Virus record (IMG/VR): IMGVR_UViG_3300050128_000053
Coordinates: 24,866-88,865 of that record
Reading direction: 5' to 3' (one strand)
DNA: 64,000 nt
DNA from: a virus
Of the stretch, positions 20,603-31,732 are shown one piece after another. The translations under genes and the position numbers were made by a program. The notes beneath the pieces were generated by a model, which was not told the DNA's origin, searched no databases, and was given only the letters and a program-made list of their open reading frames with translations. Numbering within the stretch: position 1 is the first letter of the stretch; every line of letters starts with the position of its first letter.

Positions 20603-21333
20603 GTCCGCATCTCATCAACGTAGGGGTAAGGCCAGCGCTCGAGGATTTTGTCGGCCGCAAGGATCGACTGCACGTGCTCATTTGAATGACCGAGCCGCCC
20701 AGTGTACCGATTGAACTTTGCTTGTTGGTCCTTCTCGGCCGCATAGCCGTAATGCATGAGGGCCAACAGAGTGGTCGACCCCCAGGACCGCCCCATGACG
20801 TAACTTGGCACCGCCGGCACACCGAAGCCGTGTGAAGGGTACCGGGCACCACTCTCGTACCGAAAGAGGCGAGGAGCGTGAATGGTGCCCCAAAGCCGGT
20901 CCACCCGAACTAAGGGCTGACCTATTTCACTGAACCCAAAAACTTCAGGGATATTAAGATCAATGGCCGATTCAGTAGCCACCTCAATAGCAGATTTCAG
21001 AGCAAGCCGCTGGGATTTGTAATCGATCCCTACAAGCACTTCATCACAATCAATGACGAGCACCCAGTCATTTTGCGGACGAGGGAAAAAGGTCGACTCA
21101 AACATTTTCCACGCCCCTCCTCGAAATAAGCCCTCATTCTCAAGGAAGCTAGGAGTCTGATCATCTCGCTGGAAGACGTTGCACCCGGCATCGTGTGCCA
21201 CCACGGCAGTGTCGTCTTCAGAGCAATCGTCGTAAAAGAACACAGCATCGACCGTCGACACCAAGGCCTCAAGCATCGGCCTCAAGTACCGCTGGGTCTC
21301 ATTACGCCCGACTACGAGCCCGAAAACACTCAC
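20584..21333 (-). CDS. Glycosyltransferase family 2-like
   Basis: RNE..YL, YDDCSEDDT, WVLVIDCDE, PRLFR and HYGY. Confidence 0.85.
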   Translation of the reverse strand: MSVFGLVVGRNETQRYLRPMLEALVSTVDAVFFYDDCSEDDTAVVAHDAGCNVFQRDDQTPSFLENEGLFRGGAWKMFESTFFPRPQNDWVLVIDCDEVLVGIDYKSQRLALKSAIEVATESAIDLNIPEVFGFSEIGQPLVRVDRLWGTIHAPRLFRYESGARYPSHGFGVPAVPSYVMGRSWGSTTLLALMHYGYAAEKDQQAKFNRYTGRLGHSNEHVQSILAADKILERWPYPYVDEMRTWNLPQ

Positions 21334-22103
21334 TCGGACTCAATCCCATGATGAGCACACATACGACGGTGCATTTCTTGAGACCGAGCAAAGTGCTGAT
21401 CCGCAAACCCACCGTGAGGCGAAGCCTTGTGCCAGAGATGAGTCATTACGACTGGTCCGTAATAGACACACTTGTAGCCGTGCGCCCGAGCATGGAGTGA
21501 GCACCACATCTCTTCGAAGTAGTGCTGCGTCTCAAGAAACGCTCCGACTGAGTCGGGCTGCATATCCTGAAACAACTCGCACGTCGTCAACTCGCCCCAG
21601 ACCTTGCGCTTGATGAAGTAGAGCGCTCCCGAGACGGAAATGACGTCGTCACGGACAGTTTTCAACTCAGGGCTGTTGCCTGAGTGCTGCCAACCCCGCT
21701 GACTTGGGCTGCGGTCTGGGCCCATGATGCCACCGGCTGTAATGAGCCCATCAGCGTCCACCTGGCGCGGACCGAGAACGCCCCAATGATCGATACCGGC
21801 GAGGGCGTCATAGCAATCTCGGAACCCGGCCGAAAGACGGGTATCGGCATTTGCGAGGAGAATGACGTCGTTCACTCCTCCTGCGGCACCTTCATTACAG
21901 GCTCGCCCGTAACCGACATTGTCGGCAAAAGAAATGAACTCGGCATCGTAGCGCTCAGCTGTCTGTCCCGGGTAGGGCGAATCGAGTGTGACATCGACCA
22001 CGGTCAACGTGCAGCCTTCGAACTTGTGGGATTCGTATGAAGCGCAGAAGTCATCAAGCAAATCCGGTGTCTTGTAATTGACCACAACGACGTCACAAGC
22101 CAT
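21330..22103 (-). CDS. Glycosyltransferase family 2 (rhamnosyltransferase-like)
   Basis: VVVNYKT, NVGYGRACNEG, LLANAD and YFEE. Confidence 0.85.
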   Translation of the reverse strand: MACDVVVVNYKTPDLLDDFCASYESHKFEGCTLTVVDVTLDSPYPGQTAERYDAEFISFADNVGYGRACNEGAAGGVNDVILLANADTRLSAGFRDCYDALAGIDHWGVLGPRQVDADGLITAGGIMGPDRSPSQRGWQHSGNSPELKTVRDDVISVSGALYFIKRKVWGELTTCELFQDMQPDSVGAFLETQHYFEEMWCSLHARAHGYKCVYYGPVVMTHLWHKASPHGGFADQHFARSQEMHRRMCAHHGIESE

Positions 22104-22803
22104 CTAATAACGTCCTTTCACTTGACGAGACGGCTTAACAGGGTCTGGTGGGGTTCCCACTCTTCGATCGTAAAGCACCTTGGCCATTGTGTACACCGCT
22201 TCAGCAGTGAGCATCATCTCATTCAATAAGTCGAGATTGCGCATGCGCCGGTACTCGCCGGTGAACTTGTTCAAAGCGCTGACATAGAGATCCTGTGCTT
22301 CGATCAGCTCTTCCTCGCTCAGCCGGCGGGCCCTAACCTCGAGCTGGTCAAGATTCCTAAACCTCTTGGGTCTGCGGACTGCCATCTTCGCCTACCTCTA
22401 GAATCAAGTGTTCGAGAAAACTAGCACCAGGAACCGAGGCCCCGCCAAGACCTTGTGGACTCTCAAAGACAGCGATGTCGTCCTCATCGTCACTACTGGG
22501 GTCAAGACTCTCCCAATCCTGCATTTGAGAAGGAGTAAAAGCAAGAAGGTGTGGGCCAATCCAAGCCTCACTGCGTGCTTCAGGTGATAGTTTGTGGAGC
22601 TGGCGGCGACGTCGTGGACCCACCCACCACAGACCGACGAGACACGCCCGAAGAGGCTTGTGCAAACGAATCAAAAGTGCCCTACCGCAACGCCAAGGTT
22701 CGTACTCCTCGATGACCTTGGCCGTACTGAGTAGTGGAGCGTCCTTTGTTACCTCAACAACCGCTCCGTAGAACCAGAGCCAGGAGTGTTCGTTAACGGG
22801 CAT
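22104..22803 (-). CDS. Two overlapping hypothetical proteins (22104-22385, 22357-22803)
   Basis: Co-oriented, closely packed ORFs. Confidence 0.55.
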
Positions 22804-22903
22804 TTCGCTCTGCCTTCTTCGTCAAGGGCGTCGTCAATGAGGTGGTCCAGGTCTTCGATCTCATGAAGAAGGTGCTCCCGTTCCTCCTTCGGCGAGAGCT
22901 TCT

Positions 22904-23293
22904 TCAAGTCCAAACGCCTCGATGATTCTGATACTGATTCAGGCGGCGGTTCACGAACTTCCCTTTCGATTTCACCCGCTGAAAATCACGCCACACATTT
23001 GATGGAACGCCCTCATAAACCCACGGCGTGCCGCCGGCATCAACTGGCTTGACGAAGCGCATGTAAAGGCGTCGAGATCCAGCGTCATACCCAGCTTCAA
23101 CGACGCGTGAGGATTGTGGAGTAAAGACAAAGTTGCCCGGTACGGTCTCATCCTCGTCGGGGAGGTCGACATCGACGGCAGCAGGACTCTGCGCCTCAGA
23201 GATCGGGCGGGCAGACACTCGGGCAGCATCGTGTGCAACCGCCTCTTGTACTGCTCTTTGGCCTAACGGTCCTAATCCACCTCGACGTGGCAT
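22904..23293 (-). CDS. KTSC-domain protein
   Basis: SSRVVEAGYD...LYMRF...YEGVP..VWRDF...SKGKFVN. Confidence 0.88.
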   Translation of the reverse strand: MPRRGGLGPLGQRAVQEAVAHDAARVSARPISEAQSPAAVDVDLPDEDETVPGNFVFTPQSSRVVEAGYDAGSRRLYMRFVKPVDAGGTPWVYEGVPSNVWRDFQRVKSKGKFVNRRLNQYQNHRGVWT

Positions 23294-23315
23294 TCAACCA
23301 AGTGTACCGAATACA

Positions 23316-24044
23316 TCATCCCCTTTCCAAGTAGTCGATGGGCTTGCCGAGAGCCGTGGCGTAGTCGATTTCGCTGTGCGTGCTCTCCCCGATGTACCGG
23401 CCCACGTTGAGTACCAGCACCCGGTCAGCCAAGTCGATCTTGCGCTTGTGAAGCTCGTCCAGGGCCTCTTTCTGTTCGACGGTGATCCCCAGCCCTTCGT
23501 CGGACTTGGTATCGCACCCGATGGTCAGGACGATCTCACCGGCCAACGTCAGGTCGTACCGTGCCTTCGCCCACGCCTCGGGGAATCGGGTTGAGCCACA
23601 CAGGACCACGATGGTCGGACGAGGCGTGGCGAAGTTGCCGTTCAGGCAGGCGGCGTACCCGTTGCTGTGCCGCCATGCCACCGGGTCGTCGCCGGGGTCG
23701 TAGTCAGGCTCCCAACCGCCCATCTGTGCATAGGTGGCACTCACGATCACCTTTGAGCACCAGCGGCAGTAGACCGGGCAATCTTCCTCAATCATCGGGT
23801 CGTCAGCCATGTGAGTCCTCCGTCGTTGCCGTCCATGCAGCCACAGTCCCACCACGACCGGGCCGGCCGAGACCTTCGGAAGCAGATCGTGGTACTGCGT
23901 GCGCCAACGCTTTGCAGCGTCCTGCCATTCGGGGGTTGCCTTCTCCCAATCGCCCTCGTTGGCGTTGGCGATGATCCCCCAGGCGAACTCAGCCAAGTCC
24001 AGCAGGGCGCGATGACCCTCGGATATCTCTTTGTCAGAACCCAT
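23316..24044 (-). CDS. Mosaic protein with C-terminal nucleoside deoxyribosyltransferase-like domain
   Basis: VVLCGSTRF...LHKRKIDLADRVLVLNVGRYIGESTHSEIDYA. Confidence 0.65.
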   Translation of the reverse strand: MGSDKEISEGHRALLDLAEFAWGIIANANEGDWEKATPEWQDAAKRWRTQYHDLLPKVSAGPVVVGLWLHGRQRRRTHMADDPMIEEDCPVYCRWCSKVIVSATYAQMGGWEPDYDPGDDPVAWRHSNGYAACLNGNFATPRPTIVVLCGSTRFPEAWAKARYDLTLAGEIVLTIGCDTKSDEGLGITVEQKEALDELHKRKIDLADRVLVLNVGRYIGESTHSEIDYATALGKPIDYLERG

Positions 24045-24313
24045 AGCGGTCCCTCCCGTGGTCTTGGGGCGAGCAGTTGTAACCGGCAAAGCCGCCCTCC
24101 CCATCTGAGCGTTGACCTCCGAAACACACGTAGTTGGAGCGTGGCGAGCCGCAGCACGGGCAGTGCGTTATCCGATTGCGGTGGTCCTGCGGCTTTACAG
24201 CGGCGAGGTAGGCCGTAATGGCGACACGGGCCATCGGGTCACGAAAGTCGTGGGTCCAAGCCGCTAGTGCCTTGATCGCCGCTCCCACTCCTACTCCGTC
24301 CAGTTCTTTCTCG

Positions 24314-24496
24314 TCAGGCATTGCGGTCCTCTCGTTTGCTCAGAATCTTCGCCACGGCAACATGGCTCATGCTGGCTGCTTTGGCTATCTCTCGCAGGGC
24401 TGCGCCCTCTGCTCGCATCTCAGCCATTGCCCGGTCCCTGGCCTCTATCGCCTTCGGGATAGCTGCACAACGCTTGCGGACCTTCTCGGCGGTCAT
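24314..24496 (-). CDS. Small HTH DNA-binding protein
   Basis: GAALREIAKAASMSHVAVAKIL helix-turn-helix. Confidence 0.6.
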   Translation of the reverse strand: MTAEKVRKRCAAIPKAIEARDRAMAEMRAEGAALREIAKAASMSHVAVAKILSKREDRNA

Positions 24497-24667
24497 CGAG
24501 TTGATCTCCAGTTGGCACGCGGCCTTGGAAGACGAAATCGACTTGGCTGGTAGTCGGTACTCCGTCCTTCACCACGATTCGTATCACGCCAACTTTCCAC
24601 CTTGAAGAACCGCCCATCGTCTCTCCGCTCGTCAAAACCGAGGAGTATTTCAAAGCGCTTTGGCCCG

Positions 24668-25450
24668 CTACGGACGACCAGGCTCCGGCTTAACCCACAG
24701 TACTTCCACTCGATAGGCGCCCTTTTCTGTCTTCGGGGCCTTCATCACAACTCGGTTCCAAGAACCCAGCACGTCGTCGTAAAGCTCGTTTGCATATCCA
24801 CTAATGACCACGGGTCCAGGATGCGCTCTCAGCACCTTGAGCATAAGGATGTGATCCTCATCTGACATCTCGTCGCTGTACATGTGTTGTGTTCTCACTG
24901 AGTGAGGGTACGGCGGGTCCGCATAGATCAGGCAATCCGTCCCGCCGTGGCGCTCGATGACCTCCAAGGCACCACGGTTCTCAATCTCTGCATCTTTTAG
25001 ACGCAGCGCAAGTACACGCAATTGTTCGGGAACCTTGTTCCAACGATGCGACATGCCCTGCGCCCGCTGGCTTGGCCCTCTGTTCTTCCATCCTGTCTTC
25101 TTTGCGAGATCACTGGCGTGCGCCTGCCAACACCTCACGACAAAGCGGCGGGCTGATTCAAGCGGGTCTTCTGCGAGTTCATCGCAGCGGTTGTACTCGT
25201 CCCGTGACCACGGAGTCGTCTCAATCGCCCAGCAAAGATCGTCGCTCCGATCCCGCAACATCGTGAATAAGTTCGACACAAGACTGTTTCGGTCGTTGAT
25301 GATCTCGTGAGGAACGGGGGGCTTTGAGAAAAACACTGCACCGGAGCCAAAGAACGGCTCTACATAGTGGAAGTGTGGCTGGAACTGCTCCACGATCCTT
25401 TCTGCGAGCGTCCATTTCGCCCCCGGGTACCTAATTACCGCCGGATTCAT
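24668..25450 (-). CDS. DNA adenine methyltransferase (Dam/D12 class)
   Basis: YPGAKW, YVEPFFGSGAV, IIND, YADPPY and VVISGY. Confidence 0.92.
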   Translation of the reverse strand: MNPAVIRYPGAKWTLAERIVEQFQPHFHYVEPFFGSGAVFFSKPPVPHEIINDRNSLVSNLFTMLRDRSDDLCWAIETTPWSRDEYNRCDELAEDPLESARRFVVRCWQAHASDLAKKTGWKNRGPSQRAQGMSHRWNKVPEQLRVLALRLKDAEIENRGALEVIERHGGTDCLIYADPPYPHSVRTQHMYSDEMSDEDHILMLKVLRAHPGPVVISGYANELYDDVLGSWNRVVMKAPKTEKGAYRVEVLWVKPEPGRP

Positions 25451-25601
25451 TCGACCCCTTCCCGTCCTCTCGTTTCCGAGGGGTATCCCAGTAGGCCGAC
25501 TTGCACCTAGGGCAGACTTTGGGCTGTTGACCCTTCTCCCGTGGCACCCATTCGTGAGAACACCGCTCGCACCGAAATCCTGAAATCTGAACTATCGGCA
25601 C
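25431..25601 (-). CDS. 56-aa zinc-ribbon protein upstream of the MTase (below ORF-track cutoff)
   Basis: GTG start; MPIVQISGFRCERCSHEWVPREKGQQPKVCPRCKSAYWDTPRK. Confidence 0.75.
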   Translation of the reverse strand: MPIVQISGFRCERCSHEWVPREKGQQPKVCPRCKSAYWDTPRKREDGKGSNESGGN

Positions 25602-25627
25602 CCTTCCAGTGTGTCACTTCTGGTGGG

Positions 25628-25693
25628 CACCTAAAAGGGACACTACAGCTGAAGGGGGACGGTGTCAACCTATTAGTGGCCACCTATTAGGTG
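25628..25693 (-). promoter_or_regulatory. Sigma70/SigA promoter with operator-like repeats
   Basis: TTGACA (25668-25663), 17 nt, TAGTGT (25645-25640); palindrome CACCTATTAGGTG at 25681-25693 plus two related copies. Confidence 0.7.
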
Positions 25694-25954
25694 CCGACTA
25701 TAAGGGCGGCATCCACGTGTTAGAGGCTGTCGATCTCAAGAATGCCAGCGCACTCAGTTCGGCCGAGTGGGCATAACCCGCTGCTGGCTGAATGCCCAAT
25801 GGCTCGCACGGTTCGCCGCAGACGCCGCAATGACGGACGCGGTCGAACACAGGACCGTTGATCGCCTCGTGATCGAAGTCGGGCATTTCAGGAGTGTCAC
25901 CTGGCATCGCTCGATTCCTTCTTTCTCTCGGTGTCGTGGTCGGATTCCATTGAA

Positions 25955-26293
25955 TCAAAGATTTCCGTGATGCCCCATCAGGTACAGAGCCCCGAGAGCG
26001 ATCCCTGAGTTCACCAAAGCCTGATTATGGCGGCTGGTCAGCATTTGATGGACGGCCGCTACTTCTTCGATGGTAGCGGGCCGGCCCCATTCGGCCTGCA
26101 GCTGGGCTGAGATCTGCGCTGGGCTCGGGATAGGGGCAGAGGCTACTCGCATCTCCCTGCCCGCCGCTGCGAAATACCGCCCCACCGAGCGCACCAAGAG
26201 GAAGAGGACGTAAGCAACCGGGGCCAGGATGCAACACAAGGCGAACCAGTTCACTGGGACGTTTCCGTTGGCGGCGGTAATCAACTCGATCAT
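25955..26293 (-). CDS. Membrane protein
   Basis: AAGGAG SD; hydrophobic stretch WFALCCILAPVAYVLFLLV. Confidence 0.6.
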   Translation of the reverse strand: MIELITAANGNVPVNWFALCCILAPVAYVLFLLVRSVGRYFAAAGREMRVASAPIPSPAQISAQLQAEWGRPATIEEVAAVHQMLTSRHNQALVNSGIALGALYLMGHHGNL

Positions 26294-27140
26294 TTCGTCA
26301 GCTCCTTTTTCCGCCTCAAGAATAGCATGCAAATGCCCTGCCTGTCCATTACCCTGATTTGAAATGATTTGAAATCGATTAGAGCGGGGCGCCCGTTATA
26401 TCGCACCCTTCGGGGTGAGGCGGCCAGGAAAAACGATGGGTGACCTGGTGTTTTGCTAGCGGTTTGACACGGAGGCTGAAGCTGATTAGGGTGGCGCGCA
26501 AGCGCCGGGTCATGGCGCTACCACTGGGTCTTTGGATAGGGGTAGAGGATCCCTTGAGAGAAGAGATTTTGAGAAGAGATTCTAGAGACTTGAGATTAGA
26601 TTCTTTGATTAGATTCTTTCTTCTAATCTTTTCTATCTTCTAATCAACTCTTGTAGCACAATTATATTGTAGCCGGGGTGCACAACTGTGCACCCAAGTA
26701 ATGCGCAGATTTGTATCTCAAAAGCATTTGATTTGAGCTGATTACTTCTGCTGCTCACCAAATGACAGGGATTAAGCGTGTGCCTTGCCTTCGCAACTGT
26801 GCCGAAATACAGCCATTTGTGGGTCATAGGAGTACCAGCGCACCAACTCGTTGGCCGGCATGGCATGACTCTGCTCGAGAGTGATCCCGCTGGTCTTGCC
26901 GCAGTGCCGGCACCGCCCGCCGTCTATCACCTCCTCAACCAGCCTGTAGAGGGCCTCTAGGGGGGGTTGGGGCCACTGCTGCGAACCAATATGCCTCTCA
27001 GGGGCGTTAGGGGGTTCTAGAGGGCCAGGGCGAGCCGTACCGCGGGCTCTTCGTCCTCTGAGTAGCGGAGCTGGAGCGAAGTAGCACCGGAACGCCCTAT
27101 GACATCGCTAATGGCTTTGATTCATCGCCGGCTAGGGGGT

Positions 27141-27467
27141 TCAGTCATTTTCAAATCTCACTAGGTGATGAGGCGGGCGTAGGGGTTCGCCCAGGCGCTC
27201 TGACTCACAGATCCCATGGCCACAGGCCCAGTCCCTCTCCTCGTCGCCTGAGACGGGAGTCCAGCAGGACCAGCACGACACGTTGCCCTTGAGTGCGATG
27301 AATCCGCACCGCCAGACGATGTCGCCAGGGAGCCCAGTACTGCAATCGTAGGTAATGGTCATGTATCCAGTGACGGGGTCAAGGTCTTGAAATACTCGAG
27401 CACCGGGATACCCGGCCTCGGATAGTGCCGTCGCGATTCTGTGTTCGATCTCGGTGCGGGTGGTCAT
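27141..27467 (-). CDS. Hypothetical Cys-rich protein, leaderless
   Basis: TACACT, 7 nt, ATG; CWSC...CGHGIC. Confidence 0.55.
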   Translation of the reverse strand: MTTRTEIEHRIATALSEAGYPGARVFQDLDPVTGYMTITYDCSTGLPGDIVWRCGFIALKGNVSCWSCWTPVSGDEERDWACGHGICESERLGEPLRPPHHLVRFEND

Positions 27468-27554
27468 GGGTGAGAGTGTAGTGGAACGGCCGTAATCCCG
27501 CACAAATACGTAATCGGCTCCCTGATTACATTCACCTCTTGCAAATAGTGCGAT

Positions 27555-27614
27555 TTGTGGGTTATCTGACTTGTGGGTTATCTAATCCGTTTGAGATGTG
27601 TTTGTGGGTTATCT
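27555..27614 (+). repeat. Three copies of TTGTGGGTTATCT
   Basis: Exact copies at 27555, 27571 and 27602. Confidence 0.9.
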
Positions 27615-27894
27615 AATCGTCATCGTGTGTGGATCTATGGGTAGGCTGCCCACCCCCCTTTCGCTGTCAAATCGCTTGATGATGGGGGGTCTAATAGTCA
27701 AATGGTGCTGCGCCATTACAGCAAATGAAGACAGTAATGCACGTTCATTTGGCTAATGGTGTTGTGCTATTTGGGTAATGCGCAGGTCCATTTACCTAAA
27801 TGGGGAGGGATTACACGGTCTATTTGGTGTTATGGAGTGTGGATGCGGTGGGGATGGGGGGCTGGGGCGGCAGCCATCCCCTCATAATCCAGAC

Positions 27895-28110
27895 AGTAAT
27901 AGCGTGCTACAAGCCAGCATACCCTCATTACTTGGATAGTAATAGAGTGCTACACGCACATGCCGTAACCTCAGAGAGCAGATCACAACAATCAAATGAG
28001 TGGTGTAGCTACTGACAGCACTATTGTCCCTTAAGTAGGTATTACGATGCCCCCTAATCAACAGCACATGCCATATACACACATAACCTGGGCAGTAATA
28101 GAGTGCTACA
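27895..28110 (+). repeat. Three copies of AGTAATAG(A/C)GTGCTACA
   Basis: Copies at 27895, 27938 and 28094. Confidence 0.9.
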
Positions 28111-28226
28111 ACCTCTTCCCACATGGGATGTATTTGTTAAGGCGGCGGATTTAGGGAGAGCCTCATTATTAGGGACTGACCTGGGCTGATGTACATTGAA
28201 CCAGCAATCAGATAACGTACCGACCC

Positions 28227-30107
28227 ATGGTCTCGTTCACTAGTAGTAATCACACTCACATTGATTGGTGCGCCTCTCCTTGGACTCACGATTACCGCAG
28301 AGGTCCTACTCAGTTCGATGGTACTGACTTTCCAACAGCATTGATCTGCGATTTGATATGTCTTCGATGCGGCGGATGTCTCATGGTCGCTACCGCAGAT
28401 GGTCGCTACGTCCCGCCCTACGACCCCTCAAGCGACTGGAGCGAGGGTCTGGAGGCCAAGCTGCACCGCCTCGATGCAAGAGATCCTGTGTATCCCTACG
28501 ACCGGTGGAACTCCGAGGTCGACATTTGATTTGGCGGCTGGTACGCTGCAGCCATTAGAGTGGCGGCTCACAAAGGAAGAGATCGAATGGCGATTAACAT
28601 CAACACGGCATTACGTGACTTGCCAAAGGGAGATCTGAAGCTGCTGGTCTCGCCGGCCATTTTTAGGTTACGTCGTGACTTCGGTCAAAAGCCCACCGTC
28701 ATTCATTTGTGGCACAACGCACACCCTGATTACTGGATTGGCTGCGGCAACGTGATGGACGATTACATTGAGGTGCACCCGAGTTGGTTCTTAGAGCCGG
28801 TGTGCTGTCGTAACTGCCTCAAGGGCGTCACCACGAGAAGGATTAAGCAATGACACTCAACGAGACGCTTAAGGCGTGTAAGGCATTGCTCGAGGTCTCA
28901 CCTGAGGCTGGTGATTTGCCGGTCACGATTATGTTCCGCGATGACATTGTCGATGGCGGCGGTAATCGATGGGCCGAACTCACCGATGTACTTGCGCCAC
29001 CCGTTGTGCTCGAGCAGGGGACCTTGACCACTGTGCTCTTTGGTGCGTCGAGCCCAGTGATTTGCCGGTCAATACGAATCGAGGAATGATTATGACGAAC
29101 TACGCCGATTACTCCATTGTCAATCGCGAGACGATGGCATGGCGATGCGATCGTTGTGGTGAAGTCGTCCCATCGCCAGTCGAACACGACGTGGTGTGTG
29201 GCAAAAAGCTTGACACGGGTCACATTTACGGCACGCTTCTGCTTGGTAATGGGGAAATCACCAACAGCGTTCAAGAGGTGCCGCCATTACCGATACTATT
29301 GCCTCCACTCAACTTCGATAACTTTGTAGCTATGGGGTGGGATTGGAATGGCATCTTCAGATTCTTTCGGGATTACGAGCCGGCTGAGGGCTACCACATT
29401 GTGACCGCCGCAGACGGTAATCAATGGATCGAGAAAGACGTCAACACAGTCGACGAGCAGGTCGATGCATCGTGAGGCGACCGCCTGGGCATGCCTCAAA
29501 CTGTTTTTGTGAACATTGCATGGCGCTGTGTAGAGCTGATCGTTTGTCGAGAGAAGATTTGCGGGCGGCGGCGGCGGCGGCGGCGGATTCTCCCCCTCGG
29601 TATTTGAGCCGGCCCTTTGCGCAGCGTCAGCCCAGCCCTCGTCGGGAGTGTTCGGTGTGCCACCGGTTGATCTCTGAGGACCCCAGCGGGAGGCTGCGCT
29701 CCCATGGGGCCAACCTGGCTTGCCCGGGGCGTTCTGAAGCCGCTGAAGAGGTCATGGAGGGCATTGGTGAGAGCGTTGGACCACTTGGCGAAGACTTCGT
29801 GCTCTCTGAGAATGCCCAGCGCTTCAGGGAATGGCTGAGGTCCATGAGAGAGTCACAACGGTGAACCTCAACAGGCGCAGTGGCTGCACTGCTGAAGAAC
29901 TTCAATAAAATCCATAAAGCAAGGGAAGGGGCAATAATGGAGATAATCGTTAGACCTCGAGTAAGCGGGAAATCGCAGGTCATTGCTGAAGCTCTCGCTC
30001 GAGATCCTGAAGCCGTTTGTGTCGTACCGTTTGCGATAATGCGCAGCTCCCTCGTCGAGGGTCGGGTACTTCGAGAAACCCGATTCGCCGTGTCTGCGAG
30101 GTCGTGA
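28227..30107 (+). CDS. Run of small hypothetical genes (28227-28529, 28587-28853, 28850-29089, 29086-29475 and others)
   Basis: Co-oriented ORFs with ATGA overlaps; several CxxC motifs. Confidence 0.5.
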
Positions 30108-31732
30108 TGACTCGGAGAGCAGAGAGGCGAGGCGCCCCTGACGCTCTCGACTCCCTCGGTGCGGTCATCAGCGCTGCCATTCAACTCGGCGCTGAATCTG
30201 TCGATGGCTGGTCGAAGGAAGAGCGGGCACTCGTGCGAACACTTCTCAGACGAACTGATCCCGTCAAGGTTCCCGTGACGGAGCTGCGGGAGCAGATTGC
30301 AAGCGGAGCTGACCCGCTGGGGGATGCGTACTGCCGCATCCGAAACAGTGAGGCACGCCGTGATCTTGGTCAGACGTATACGCCGTCCACCATCATCTCC
30401 TCGATGCTGGAGTGGTCAGCAAACGAGGTTGCACCGTCACGAGTGGTCGATCCCGGTTCAGGATCGGGACGATTCACGGTCGCTGCCGGGCGAAAGTTTC
30501 CCAAGGCGCAATTGCTCGCATCAGACGTTGACCCCATCGCAACGCTCATGACCCGTGGGAGCATCGCTGCGGCTGGCTTTGCCAAACGATCCACGGTCGT
30601 GCTTCGTGACTACCGAGGGATGGACCACGGCCCTGCAGATGGCCCAACGCTCTTTATTGGCAACCCGCCATACGTTCGGCACCACCAGATCGACCAAGAG
30701 TGGAAACGCTGGTTACTGCAAACGGCAGCAAGGCGTGGACATGTAGCAAGCGGCCTTGCCGGTTTGCATGTCCATTTCTTCCTCGCAACGGTCGAACACG
30801 GTACGCCTGGAGATGTTGGAACGTTCATCACGTCTGCCGAATGGCTTGACGTGAACTACGGAAGCCTCGTGCGACAGTTGCTGCTTGATGGGCTTGGTGG
30901 GCTTGGCGTTCACGTTCTCGATCCCGATGCTGCGCCGTTTACCGATGTGGCAACGACTGGCGTTATCACGACGTTCCGACTCGGGAGCCACCCCAAGTCC
31001 ATCAAACTCCGGCGTGTCAAAACCGTAAGCGCTCTTGGAGCATTAGAGGGTGGGCGTCCCGTTTCTCGTGAGCAACTTGCAGAAGCGAAACGGTGGACGC
31101 CGCTTATTCGTGTTACTCCCAAGTTGCCTGAGGGATGGATCGAACTTGGAGAGCTGTGCAGAGTGCACCGAGGGGCAGTCACCGGAGCCAACTACATGTG
31201 GGTGACCAAAGCAGATGAAACCGACCTCCCACCAGAAGTGTTGTTCCCGTCAGTCACTCGTGCCCGTGAGCTTTTTGCAGCGGGCGCTTCGTTGGGGGAT
31301 GCGGACCACTTGCGTCGTGTCATTGATCTTCCGGCAGACCTTGATATGTTCGACGCTGGGACACGCAAGACAGTGGACAAGTTCCTGCGACGTGCCAAGA
31401 AGGAGGGCGTTGCAGATGGCTATATCGCTCGCTCTCGGCGTGCATGGTGGAAGGTAGGACTGCGACAACCTGCGCCCATCTTGGCGACGTACATGGCACG
31501 ACGACCACCCGCATTTGTGCGCAACCTGGCAGACGCTCGTCACATCAACATTGCCCACGGTCTCTACCCCCGGCAACCCCTCAGTGACGAAGTGCTCGAC
31601 AAGCTGGCCCTAGCGCTAAGGTCATCCGTCGTTGTCGGCCAGGGACGAACGTACGCTGGTGGCTTGACCAAGTTCGAGCCAAAGGAAATGGAGCGAGTGC
31701 CAGTCCCCAGCCTGGAATTGCTGGGTGCATGA
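30107..31732 (+). CDS. N6-adenine DNA methyltransferase, M.XamI/Eco57I-like
   Basis: GQTYTP, VVDPGSGSG, IGNPPYVRHH and GRTYAGGLTKFEPKE; followed by an XamI-like REase N-terminus. Confidence 0.88.
   Translation: MTRRAERRGAPDALDSLGAVISAAIQLGAESVDGWSKEERALVRTLLRRTDPVKVPVTELREQIASGADPLGDAYCRIRNSEARRDLGQTYTPSTIISSMLEWSANEVAPSRVVDPGSGSGRFTVAAGRKFPKAQLLASDVDPIATLMTRGSIAAAGFAKRSTVVLRDYRGMDHGPADGPTLFIGNPPYVRHHQIDQEWKRWLLQTAARRGHVASGLAGLHVHFFLATVEHGTPGDVGTFITSAEWLDVNYGSLVRQLLLDGLGGLGVHVLDPDAAPFTDVATTGVITTFRLGSHPKSIKLRRVKTVSALGALEGGRPVSREQLAEAKRWTPLIRVTPKLPEGWIELGELCRVHRGAVTGANYMWVTKADETDLPPEVLFPSVTRARELFAAGASLGDADHLRRVIDLPADLDMFDAGTRKTVDKFLRRAKKEGVADGYIARSRRAWWKVGLRQPAPILATYMARRPPAFVRNLADARHINIAHGLYPRQPLSDEVLDKLALALRSSVVVGQGRTYAGGLTKFEPKEMERVPVPSLELLGA

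Larger units (their letters stand above)
26340..28220. other. Gene-poor strand-switch region; candidate origin or genome end
   Basis: Genes diverge from here; lower GC, simple repeats and several direct-repeat families. Confidence 0.55.

Noticed and set aside
27555-28110. CRISPR array
   Set aside because: The repeats are only 13-17 nt with irregular spacing, and no cas genes are present.
29563-29587. (GGC)n tract
   Set aside because: Short poly-Ala-coding microsatellite in a hypothetical ORF; length changes would keep the frame.
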